Positions 26,787 to 35,642 of a stretch of DNA of 64,000 nt are shown piece after piece (position 1 is the first letter of the stretch; every line of letters starts with the position of its first letter). The stretch spans positions 420,253 to 484,252 of the forward strand of contig CAWJIE010000003.1 of the NCBI GenBank assembly GCA_963842885.1, given 5' to 3'. The translations under genes and the position numbers were made by a program. The stretch comes from an uncultured Nitrososphaerota archaeon (GTDB taxonomy: Archaea; Thermoproteota; Nitrososphaeria; Conexivisphaerales; DTJL01). A model generated the notes under the pieces. That model did no database searches and was not told the origin of the DNA. It was given only the letters and a program-made list of their open reading frames with translations.

Positions 26787-26856
26787 CGCGATCGCGGCCC
26801 AGAGGCCGGTGGCGAGGCCTGCAATCAGGGGGGTGATCCTAAAGGGCTTCGAAAGC

Positions 26857-27384
26857 TCAACCGCCCCCCATCATCAGCTGGAGTAACGAGATCGTGCCCT
26901 TTCCGTGGCACTTGGGGCACGGGAGTGTCACCGTCGTGTTGCTGGCCTGGAAAACTGCAGCGGAGAAGGACAGCGTCGGGAGGACGGGAACGTTGTTGAT
27001 GGCGACCTGGGCAGGGTACTGTGCGTGGGCGACGAAATTCGAAGCATTGGCAGGGACCACAAAGGTATAGAAAGTCTTGGAGATGAGGGACCCGGTTTCG
27101 CTGTAGCTGGTGTTAAGGAGGACGGACGCGTTGATTGGGACCGTGGCGACATTGGAGAAGGTGAAGGTCAGGTTGGTCGTGTACACCGCATACGTGCCGC
27201 ATCCCAGTCGCACGGTGCCAACCACCAGCGTGCTCAAGTCCACGAGCCTGATATTCTCCATCCCCACGACGCTTAGGTTAACCACCCCTGTCCCGTGGCA
27301 CTCAGGGCATTGCACTGGGTAGACCGCGGGGACCGCTATCATGACGGCAAGTATCGTGAAGAGCGAGAAGAGCTTGAGGCTCAA
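26857..27384 (-). CDS. Signal-anchored protein whose beta-rich domain is bracketed by two DnaJ-type CxxCxGxG motifs
   Basis: 175 aa with an N-terminal hydrophobic segment. CPECHGTG lies near the N-terminus and CPKCHGKG near the C-terminus. Several N-x-S/T sites are present. The TTG start overlaps the upstream stop (TTGA). Confidence 0.5.
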   Translation of the reverse strand: MSLKLFSLFTILAVMIAVPAVYPVQCPECHGTGVVNLSVVGMENIRLVDLSTLVVGTVRLGCGTYAVYTTNLTFTFSNVATVPINASVLLNTSYSETGSLISKTFYTFVVPANASNFVAHAQYPAQVAINNVPVLPTLSFSAAVFQASNTTVTLPCPKCHGKGTISLLQLMMGGG

Positions 27385-27785
27385 GGCGATCCCTCCGCCA
27401 GCTTCACGATTCTCCGTGGAAAATCGTAGACGAGTTTGTAACTACCAAGGAGGCTTTGGCCTATTACGAAATCGACACCGAGGTTCTCGGTCAGGTCCTG
27501 AGCCGCCGTCAGAACGTTCTTCACGACGAACTTGCCCACTTCGATCTTGTCGATCGTAATGAAAGGAACTTTGATCAAGTAATGGGGCGTGATTATCTTC
27601 GTGTTCACGTTGGGTGCTTCCGGAATGTAGAACGCGTTGTAGCCCAAGTCGGTGGCATCGCTTCTCTGGATCAGGCAGAGCTCCGACGCCGTATCGATGA
27701 CCGCCCGCAGTTCACGCACGCCCTTGGGGCCATGAATCCTGACGAAGAAGGTCCCATCCGGACGAAGACGCAACACCAGGCCCAC
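27381..27785 (-). CDS. Retropepsin-like (clan AA) aspartic peptidase with a variant DTAS active-site motif
   Basis: AVIDTASELCLIQRSDATDLGY and GVDFVIGQSLLGSYKLVYDFPRRIVKL match the bacterial/archaeal retropepsin-like pattern (xxDTGAsxxxi...a..LGl ... g.d.iLG.d.L....l..D). A GTG start at 27785 is proposed, overlapping the upstream stop. The ORF track extends to 27836. Confidence 0.55.
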   Translation of the reverse strand: MGLVLRLRPDGTFFVRIHGPKGVRELRAVIDTASELCLIQRSDATDLGYNAFYIPEAPNVNTKIITPHYLIKVPFITIDKIEVGKFVVKNVLTAAQDLTENLGVDFVIGQSLLGSYKLVYDFPRRIVKLAEGSP

Positions 27786-28024
27786 TAAACCATCACCTTT
27801 GCGACCCGGGGTTTCTCCAAGGCTTGGAAGACGCACAGGTCCTTCTCGGCCAGCTTGGCCAACTCGTGCGAAAGGTTCCTGCGAGTGATGTGTTGACAGA
27901 CGACGACGCCCTTGGTGGGCTGCCCATGTTCGTCCCTCGCCGTGACCCTGACCGCGTACCAGAACGGTGGGTACTTGCCGTCTATGTCGGTCAAGTCCAT
28001 TTCCATATGATTGTCTGACGTCAT
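27785..28024 (-). CDS. Hypothetical small protein, first gene of the 28024-to-23976 co-directional string
   Basis: 79-aa ORF directly downstream of the AT-rich promoter-like spacer at 28025-28150. No motif was recognised. Confidence 0.4.
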   Translation of the reverse strand: MTSDNHMEMDLTDIDGKYPPFWYAVRVTARDEHGQPTKGVVVCQHITRRNLSHELAKLAEKDLCVFQALEKPRVAKVMV

Positions 28025-28150
28025 GTCACACCCGCCATAATATATGATTTATCTTAATAGACAATTTACTATAAGGCCTATAGGTCTTGCTTAATAGAAT
28101 AAATAAAAAGGGGTGTTGGGGATGAAGCGACAAACTCCATCCTCAACTTC

Positions 28151-29110
28151 CTACGTCAGTATCGCTCTGCTTACTAGAGTCTGGACGATGTTAACCTTGT
28201 AGTGGTTGTTGGTCATCGGAACGGCGTCGGCTACTGCGGCTGCTCCAGCGGCCGCTGCTACTGTGGAACTGATGGCGTTGCCTTTCAGGGCGGTCTCTGC
28301 TCCAGTCGCCTCGATCGGAGTCGGAGCGACTCCACCCAGCCAGATGTTGGCCGTGGTGATGGTCGATGTCGCCGGCGCACACATCAGGCCCACGCTCGCG
28401 ATGGCGAAGTCGAAGCTCTGCCTGAGCTGTTGCTTGATGAAGACCTGCTTGTTGCCCGTCGGAGGAGTCGGCACGTCTATTTCAGTAATGATTTCGTCGG
28501 CGGCGAGGACGTGACCCGGAGAGAGGTCCTTGAAGAACTGGCTGATCGGTATGGTCTGCTTGCTCGTCTTGACCGATGCCCCGAGGGCGAGCAGCGCGAT
28601 GGCAGTGTCCGACGCGGCCACGGCGTTGCAACCTCCAGCTCCGCCGAATATGCTGTGGAATGTGTTGTCTCCAGCCGTCGCGTAGCATGTGCTTCCTCCC
28701 TTCCTCAGGCAGTTGAACAGGTCGTACTCCCAGCGGTAGTACCAGCACCAGACCTCCTGGCTGATGTTTCCACCTATGGTCCCTATGTTCCTGATGTTCG
28801 GAGTGGCCACCCAGTTGGCGGCCGTGGCGAGCATGGGGTAGGTGCTAAGGATCGTCGAGTTGGTGGCGACGCTCGCCAGGGTGGCGAGGGCCCCCACGTG
28901 CAGCCCAGACGAATCCGAAGTTATCGCATCGAGGCCAGGAATCGTCTTGAGGTTGATGAGGTAGTCGGGGAGATCATTTCTGATGAACCCCTTCAACTGG
29001 TGAGTCAGGTCCGTCCCTGCGCCTATGACCTTGGCTGCGCTTCCGTACTTGTCCAGCATCGCAACTGCGTCGGCTACCGATGTCGCGTCATAGTGATTGA
29101 TGACTTTCAT
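28151..29110 (-). CDS. Molybdenum hydroxylase FAD-binding (medium, CoxM/XdhB-like) subunit, set 1
   Basis: 319 aa. KVIGAGTDL...IPGL...L.VGALATL...IRNIGTIGGNI fits the FAD_binding_5 plus CO_deh_flav_C layout. It lies directly downstream of the large subunit. Confidence 0.85.
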   Translation of the reverse strand: MKVINHYDATSVADAVAMLDKYGSAAKVIGAGTDLTHQLKGFIRNDLPDYLINLKTIPGLDAITSDSSGLHVGALATLASVATNSTILSTYPMLATAANWVATPNIRNIGTIGGNISQEVWCWYYRWEYDLFNCLRKGGSTCYATAGDNTFHSIFGGAGGCNAVAASDTAIALLALGASVKTSKQTIPISQFFKDLSPGHVLAADEIITEIDVPTPPTGNKQVFIKQQLRQSFDFAIASVGLMCAPATSTITTANIWLGGVAPTPIEATGAETALKGNAISSTVAAAAGAAAVADAVPMTNNHYKVNIVQTLVSRAILT

Positions 29111-29114
29111 TCTA

Positions 29115-31347
29115 CTACACCACCTTTCCTAACGCCGCCAGAACCTTCCATGGCGTTGCCGGCTGCGACCTGACCCATTTCCCTGTCGCGTTGTAGATTG
29201 CGTTGACGATTGCAGCTGCTGGGGGCGACAGCGGCGGCTCCCCCAAGCCCTTGGCGCCAAACGGACCGATGGCATCATTCGACTGGACGACGATTGGAGT
29301 GAAGCTGTCCGGGGGCGGTATGTCCATGCTGGTGGGGAACCTGTGGCCCAGGAAGCTGGGGTTCAGCGGAACTCCGTTGTTCTGGTCGACGTACCATTGC
29401 CACATCAGCTCGTACCCAATGGACTGCACCGTTCCGCTTTCGATCTGACCTTCGCAGGCCAGCATTGAGTCGGCCGTTCCCACGTCGTCGGACTGCACCA
29501 CTCTCGTGACCTCGACGGCACCCGTGTCTTCGTCGACCGCGATCTCGACTGCTGCGGCGGACGTCGTCCTGATGACCTTCGATGTGTCATATGGCGTGTA
29601 CCCGTAGCCCACGATGGGTGACGTAGACGCGGCCAGGACGGCCGCGTGCGTCACGAACTTGGTCGAGTCGCTCGTGAGGTAGATCTTCCCTAATTTGGCG
29701 GAAAGCTTGTCGGGCGTGGTATTCAGCATCGGGGCGGCGACCGCGAAGAGCTGTGCTAAGACGCTCTCGCCTGCAGCCTTTACGGCGTGTCCCGATGTGA
29801 CTGTCCTCGTGCTTCCACCTTGTCCCCCGCAGTTCTGGGTTACCGCCGTGTTGCCGTATTCGCCAACCTTCACGTCCCCTGCGTTGGCGCCCAGCGCTTC
29901 AGCCGCGACATAGGACAAAGAGGAGACCGACGCCTGTATGCTCGACTGGCCGACGTTCAGGAAGAACCCGCCGTCGGCAGTCGTCGTGATGATGGCACAG
30001 TCGACTTCGCCTCCCCACTGACCCTTGTTGCAGACATATCCGCTGATGCCGATTCCATAATACCTGCCGTCGGGGAGCACCACGGTGCCCGGAGCTTTGT
30101 GCTTTGTCGACCATCCGATGCTGGTGGCCACGTCCTGGATGTTATGATTCAGGGCCATGCTTCCGAAGGGCAATCCCTGCACGCCGGTGTTGAGGCCCAA
30201 TGACCCGTTGTCCAAGTCGCCCAGTTTCTTTATGTTCTTGAGCATGAACGCAACCTTGTCCATGCTCAGCTTCTCGCACAACTGTTCGATTACGGGCTCC
30301 ATGTCGAAGAGGCCGCCTGGCTCTCCTACGCACCTCCAGTACGCGCCCTGGGGCTTGTTCGTGACGATCGTGTGACCGGTGAAGCTGGCGTTGGGCACAT
30401 TGAAGGTAATCTGCAGAGGCGATATCGCGTCGCCCACTGCCGGCCACGGGAAGGCCCCGATGTCGGTCCAGAATGTGGCCTGTATGGCCATGAGCGTCCC
30501 GTCGCTCTTGGCGCCCAGCTTTATGTCACCCCTGTCGGCGTACTGCTGCGTTGCGGATAGGTAGTTCTGGTGCCTGGTCAGTTGGTACTGCACTGGGGCC
30601 CCCGCCTTCTTGGCAAGGACCGCAGCCACGACATTGTGCGTGTTGAAGTTAAGGTCACCGAACGCCCCACCGGTGCCGTGGGTGATGACGGTCACGTTGT
30701 TCAAAGGAATGTTTAGGGCCCCGGCTAGGGTGGCCCGGAAGGAGAACGGGTTCTGAGAGTTCGTGTAGACGGTGAGTTGGTCCTGATTGCTTTGGTCCCA
30801 AACGGCGATGCAGGCCCTAGGCTCGAAGGGTCGAATGCTGGTATGACGCTGACATCCCTATGGTGTCTTCGACGACTACGTCCGAGGCGGCGAAGCCTGC
30901 GTTGACGTCGCCCCAAGTTGCCGTCAGAGGCTCTCCTACTTCGTTGGTGTTCGGGATGAGTCCGGTCAGCGGCGCGCCAGAGGCCATTGCCTTGTCGATG
31001 TCCACAACCCACGGCAGCGTCTGATACGTCACATTGACCAGTTTCAGGGCTTGGGAAGCGATGTGCTCGTCCGTGGCGGCTACGCCGCACACCTCTTGAC
31101 CTACATAGAAGAGCTCCTGGGTCATTATGGGGCAGTCCACGTACGTCGTGACTGCCTTGACGCCCGGAAGGGCCATCGCGGCGCTGGTGTCTATGGCGGT
31201 TATCTTCGCATGGGGGTACGGGCTGCCTAGCATCCTCGCGTAGAGCTTGCCTTCGAAGACGTGGTCGGTCGAGAAGTCGTGCTTGCCCGTTGCCTTCTGC
31301 AGTCCAAGCTTGTCTGGGTTAGCATTGCCTAACACATTGAGAGACAT
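29115..31347 (-). CDS. Molybdenum hydroxylase large (molybdopterin-binding) subunit, set 1, frame-disrupted near 30822-30830
   Basis: ORF 30817..31347 is the N-terminal domain (LYARMLGSPYPHAKITAIDTSAAMALPGVKAV...) ending ...YQHSTL. The conserved continuation EPRACIAVWDQ...LTVYTNSQNPF... runs in another frame into ORF 29115..30704. The coding strand reads acc ctt c gag cct. Span length is 3n+1. Confidence 0.85.
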
Positions 31348-31349
31348 GT

Positions 31350-32330
31350 CTAGCTACCTCCCACTGACGCTATAGCCATCTCTATCTTCCTGTAGTTGCC
31401 ACAACAGCACATGTTGCCCGATATGGCCTGTTGTATCTGAGCCATCGTCGGGTTGGGGTTGGCAGTCAGAAGCGCCTTCGCTTGCATTATCATGCCTGGA
31501 GTACAGTAGCCACACTGAGATCCTTCGTACGTTAGCCATGCCGTCTGCAGTGGATCAAGGTTGTTCCCATAGTTGCTTAACCCTTCTAGGGTCGTTATCG
31601 CGTGGCCTTCCGCTTCAATCGCCAGGATCTGGCACGAGTTGACAGCCATTCCATCCATCATGACGGTGCATGCCCCGCATTCGCCCAATGAGCAGCCATC
31701 CTTCACTGAGAAGAGGTGGAGCTGCTCCCTGAGCACTTCCAAGAGAGACCAGTTGGCCTGTACCAGGAGCGTCTCAGGGTTCCCGTTCACGGTGAGCGTC
31801 ACTACTTTGGACGCCACCGGCGGAACTGGCGTCGGAGCGCCGGTAACCATCACCGTCGCAGTGCCGTAGCCCTGCATCCCGTTGCTGTCGGTGACGGTCA
31901 CGAGGGCCGTGTAGTTCCCGCCAGCCGTATACGTGTGAGACCCGCTCGCAGTCAGGGTGCTTCCATCGCCGCATGCGATGCTTATGGTGTATGGAGAAGT
32001 CCCACCGCTTGGAGTAGCGGTGAGCGTGACGGAGGAACCTGCTGAAACGGTGCCCGGAGTGGCCGCCAGTGCGACGGTGACTGCCGGTGGCACCACCGTC
32101 TTCGTGGTCGTTGCCGTTGCTGTAGTTGTTGCCGTGGTCGTTGATGTGGTCGTACCACCCGTGATCGTCTTAGTCGACGTGGATGTGGATGTCTTTGACG
32201 GCAGGCCCGGTATCCTTATCCCTTCCTCGACACCTGCCACAACTACGGCGCCCACCACTGCGCCTGCTCCTGCTCCCTTCAAGAAGTCCCTTCTCGTCGT
32301 TTGCTTCTTTTCGGTAGTTTCTGTTGTCAT
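31350..32330 (-). CDS. Molybdenum hydroxylase 2Fe-2S (small, CoxS/PaoA-like) subunit carrying an N-terminal Tat signal, Thr-rich linker and PKD domain
   Basis: 326 aa:
- twin-arginine motif TRRDFLKGAGAGAVVGAVVVAG
- Thr-rich linker TSTSTSTKTITGGTTTSTTTATTTATATTTK
- PKD-like domain (TATPSGGTSPYTISIACGDGS...SHTYTAGGNYTALVTVTDSNG)
- 2Fe-2S domains (DGCSLGECGACTVMMDG.AVNSC; QCGYCTPGMIM). Confidence 0.85.
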   Translation of the reverse strand: MTTETTEKKQTTRRDFLKGAGAGAVVGAVVVAGVEEGIRIPGLPSKTSTSTSTKTITGGTTTSTTTATTTATATTTKTVVPPAVTVALAATPGTVSAGSSVTLTATPSGGTSPYTISIACGDGSTLTASGSHTYTAGGNYTALVTVTDSNGMQGYGTATVMVTGAPTPVPPVASKVVTLTVNGNPETLLVQANWSLLEVLREQLHLFSVKDGCSLGECGACTVMMDGMAVNSCQILAIEAEGHAITTLEGLSNYGNNLDPLQTAWLTYEGSQCGYCTPGMIMQAKALLTANPNPTMAQIQQAISGNMCCCGNYRKIEMAIASVGGS

Positions 32331-32339
32331 CTAGGAGCT

Positions 32340-32345
32340 ACCTCC
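32340..32345 (-). promoter_or_regulatory. Shine-Dalgarno-like GGAGGT upstream of the Tat/PKD 2Fe-2S gene
   Basis: The minus strand reads ctaGGAGGTagctcctagATG, placing the motif about 9 nt from the start codon. Confidence 0.45.
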
Positions 32346-32784
32346 TAGTTGACAAAATCGTTTTCCTCTAGTAAGGAGAAAATTCATGGTCGTGAGTATT
32401 ACACTCTCCGAACGCTTATGCGGCTTCGCAGCTAATAAGCATTTGAAGCACCAAAAGTTATACATATAGCGCGCTGTTTGTGTAGACCGTCTATGGTAAA
32501 CTGTGTCGTTTCCCTGGTAAGCTAGACCGTTTGCCTCAGCCATGGGTCGTGGTTCCCAGACCTGCGAAAATCACTCATCAGGAAGACCTTGGAGCTCAAA
32601 GGTGTTCCTTTTCGGGGTTCATGTGACTGCGCATTCGCACATGAAGGGAATGGTCGCTCAACAACGACAATCTGACTGCGGCGGCGATCGACCAGGCTCT
32701 TCCTGACCCTCTTTACGACGGCGGCTGGCGCGCCTGCGGGAGAGTGTGTTGTCTTCCCATTTGCAGCAGGAAGGTCCGAGCCTT

Positions 32785-33786
32785 TCATGGTTCTGGCTTC
32801 CGCGCGACCGCGAACCAGAGCCCGCTCCCGACCGGGAGGAACCGCAGGCGCCTGAATCCTGCCTCGCGCAGAAGGCCGATCAGCTCCGACCTGGAAAGGA
32901 AGCTAGCCCCCAGCAGAGCGAAGTCCAGTTGCATTCCTCTCATCAGCCCGTATGTGGCTCCCCTCCAGCCCTCCTTGTCGTCCAGAAGGCCCTCCGCCAC
33001 GACCAGGGCGCCTCCCGGACTCAGGGCCTCCCAGCACTTCTTCAGTGCCTTCGTCCTCTGACTCATCACGCAGAGCACCTCCCCGAGGTAGACCAGGTCG
33101 AATTCGTTCGAAAATGGCATCTCCTCGGCCGCCCCCGACATGAACCGTACCGAAGCTGGGCCCGCGTCTTTGACCCTGTCCACCGCTTTCTTCATGGCGA
33201 CGGGGTCCGATTCGACGCCGGTGTAGGCAGGGAGAGGGAAGGATGCGCTCATGCGGAGGACCCAGTCTCCGGTCCCAGACCCCACGTCCAGTATCTTCGT
33301 CCTTCTGTGGAATACGGACCTCACATCGGGGACTCCGGGCAGGACCACCTCTAGGAAGCACGTATGGTCCCATCTGGTGGCCTCCTTGAACGCCTCGACC
33401 AAGTGTGGAGCGTTCCCAGATACCGTGCCGTCCTTGAAGAACCCGTCGAAGGCGTCGTAGTCGAGGCTCCTGAGGGCTAGGTACGACGCCTGCCCTCCCA
33501 GGTAGTCTCTGTGCGTTTCCTCAACCAGAAGCTCCTCCATCCCGCGGGCCAGGCGATACTTGCCCCCCCGTCTGGTGACGATGCCCAACGAATAGGCGGC
33601 TTCGCACCAGAGGTTCAGACCTTTGAAATACAATCCGGTCCTCTTGGCCAGATCGTCCGTGGTCACGGGGCCGTTCGACTTCACGAAGGCGCGCAGGATG
33701 CCATACCTCCGACCAAGATGTATGACCCAGATTCGGTAGAAGCCCAGCGAGCTCTGCAGGAGTCGATCGAAGTCCAAGGGCCGCAT
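32785..33786 (-). CDS. Class I SAM-dependent methyltransferase with an N-terminal winged-helix (O-methyltransferase-like dimerisation) domain
   Basis: The start is taken at internal Met MRPLDFDRLL, because the upstream 90 codons of ORF 32785..34056 overlap the DUF47 gene in antisense. Motif I is ILDVGSGTGDW; post-I is YTGVESD. Confidence 0.75.
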   Translation of the reverse strand: MRPLDFDRLLQSSLGFYRIWVIHLGRRYGILRAFVKSNGPVTTDDLAKRTGLYFKGLNLWCEAAYSLGIVTRRGGKYRLARGMEELLVEETHRDYLGGQASYLALRSLDYDAFDGFFKDGTVSGNAPHLVEAFKEATRWDHTCFLEVVLPGVPDVRSVFHRRTKILDVGSGTGDWVLRMSASFPLPAYTGVESDPVAMKKAVDRVKDAGPASVRFMSGAAEEMPFSNEFDLVYLGEVLCVMSQRTKALKKCWEALSPGGALVVAEGLLDDKEGWRGATYGLMRGMQLDFALLGASFLSRSELIGLLREAGFRRLRFLPVGSGLWFAVARKPEP

Positions 33787-33991
33787 GAAAGCGCCTCGTC
33801 GAGGTATATATCGTTGGCACATATTGTGGGGCATCCGCCTGCGATGGGGGCATGGTCGTTGGGTAGATCGGCGGAGTGGAGCGCCCTCACCATGGTCGAC
33901 GCCCAAGTCAAATCCAATGCGACGTTTGATGGCATGACAGCACCAAGACGTTAATAGGGAATCGGCGGGAGTGTAGGCAAAGGCAAAACGC

Positions 33992-34661
33992 ATGAACCTT
34001 CGGGGTTGGTTCCGTTCCTTCAGGGCGGGAGAGGTGGAAATCCTCGCCCTGCTCAAGCGACATGTCGAGCTGAGCCTTAAGGCGTCCAGGCTGATTCAGA
34101 GACGTGTTTGACCGTCTGGCAGCGGGGGACCATGCAGCTGCCTACGTGTCTTACCTTGAAATCGACAAGGTCGAGACAGAAGCGGACGGCGTGCATAGGG
34201 AGCTCGTCGACAAGCTGAGCACAGGGGTGTTCTTCGCCAACCTCGGCACGGACTTAATGAGCTTGGCCGAGAACGTCGACGGCGTGGCCGACAGCGCCAA
34301 GGCAGCCGCCAAGATACTCATCCAGCGGCACCTCGGGGCGGCCGAGCTGGCCTCCATAAAGGAGAAGGTGACCGAGCTACTGGCGGTGACCGTCAAGGCG
34401 GTGTCGTCGTTGGAGATTGCCATCGAGGACTTGGGGAGAGGGAAAGGTGACCTTGTCATGCGTGCGCATGAAGTCGAAGAGTACGAGGAGTCGGCCGACG
34501 TGCTCAAGGAGGCCCTCATAGAGCACATCTTCACGCTGGACCTCCCCGTGCTCTCCGTGCTTCAGCTGAGGGACTTCGTGAACATGGTGGACAACGTCTC
34601 CGACAGCGCCGAAGACGGCGCTGACGTCTTGTTCATCTTGGCGTCGAAGGGGTACAGTTGA
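33992..34661 (+). CDS. DUF47 / PhoU-like phosphate-transport regulator, frame-disrupted near 34098-34104
   Basis: The ATG at 33992 gives MNLRGWFRSFRAGEVEILALLKRHVELSLKASRLIQ, a typical DUF47 N-terminus. The frame then shifts into ORF 34104..34661 (FDRLAAGDH...YLEIDKVETEADGVHRELVDKL...). Span length is 3n+1. A PiT gene follows, as is usual for this family. Confidence 0.75.
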
Positions 34662-35563
34662 TCCTCCCGGACGCGGTCCTGCTCCTTGTCGCATTCGTCT
34701 TCGGGGCGAACAACATAGGCGTCATCAGATCGTCCTTCCAATACTTGTCGGGGAGGGACACCGGTCTGTACCTTGGAGCAAGCTCGCTGGCCTTCGCCGT
34801 AGGCTACCTCGTGGAGGGCTCCAAGGTCAAGGCGACCTTCACGACGAGCCTGACGTCGGCGGGCGGAGGTGCGTCGCTGGTGGCCCTGTCCACGGTACTG
34901 GTGCTGATGACCGTCTTCACCCTGCTAAAGCTCCCTGCCAGCATTTCGAGTACCGTGTTGGGAGCCATGGTGGGCGTTTCGCTCGCCATGAACGCCCGGC
35001 TTCAGGTGAACTTGATGAGTTCGGTGATCGTGGCTTGGCTGGTCGCCCCGCTGTCTGCTGGCCTCATCGCCCTTCTCCTCCACAGGACCTTCCTGTCGGC
35101 GGTGGGGAGGGGTTCTCTCGTCTCGGCGGCGTCATCGTCTAGGTACATGGGGATTGCCGCCCTCCTTTTCACCAGCTATACCCTCGGCGCCAATAACTTG
35201 GGCATGATGTTGGGATTCTCATCGGGTCCCGCGGTTTCCGTCCTCGTCGTCCTGGTGGCCATCGGGGGCGGCCTCCTCTTCAGCAGGTCGGTGGCCTGGT
35301 TGCTCGGATGGAAGATGGCCGTCCTGAGTCCCTCGGAGTACCTTTCGGCCCTCCTGGGGGCCAGCCTGACCCTTTGGGTCTACACGGAGCTCGGCATCCC
35401 CAGCAGCCTCACGCAGGCCATCGTGGGGGCCATGGTGGTCCTCTCCATCGAAAGGAAGCCCTCCATCGTCAACCTGAAGGTGCTCTACGAGGTCCTGGGC
35501 TCATGGGTCTTCCTCCTGCTCTCCTCTCTGGTGGTGGCCTTCCTGACCAGCCTGCTCCTATAG
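34658..35563 (+). CDS. PiT-family (inorganic phosphate transporter-like) permease, divergent (GANN instead of GAND in both signature repeats)
   Basis: 301 aa, multi-TM. The two repeats FVFGANNIGV and YTLGANNLGM sit at the positions of the PiT GANDVAN signatures. The gene overlaps the DUF47 gene by 4 nt. Confidence 0.65.
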   Translation: MILPDAVLLLVAFVFGANNIGVIRSSFQYLSGRDTGLYLGASSLAFAVGYLVEGSKVKATFTTSLTSAGGGASLVALSTVLVLMTVFTLLKLPASISSTVLGAMVGVSLAMNARLQVNLMSSVIVAWLVAPLSAGLIALLLHRTFLSAVGRGSLVSAASSSRYMGIAALLFTSYTLGANNLGMMLGFSSGPAVSVLVVLVAIGGGLLFSRSVAWLLGWKMAVLSPSEYLSALLGASLTLWVYTELGIPSSLTQAIVGAMVVLSIERKPSIVNLKVLYEVLGSWVFLLLSSLVVAFLTSLLL

Positions 35564-35642
35564 GTCCCTCCTCCTTCGTCGGGGTCATGAGACTGAGCGC
35601 CCCGACGTCTCCAACTTTATAGCTTCCCTCGGCCCATCGCTG

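Noticed and set aside
30817-30830. In-frame TAG at the end of the N-terminal fragment of the set-1 large subunit, as a possible pyrrolysine or readthrough codon.
   Set aside because: The conserved continuation (EPRACIAVW...) is in a different frame, not in frame with the TAG. A one-base indel explains the junction exactly.
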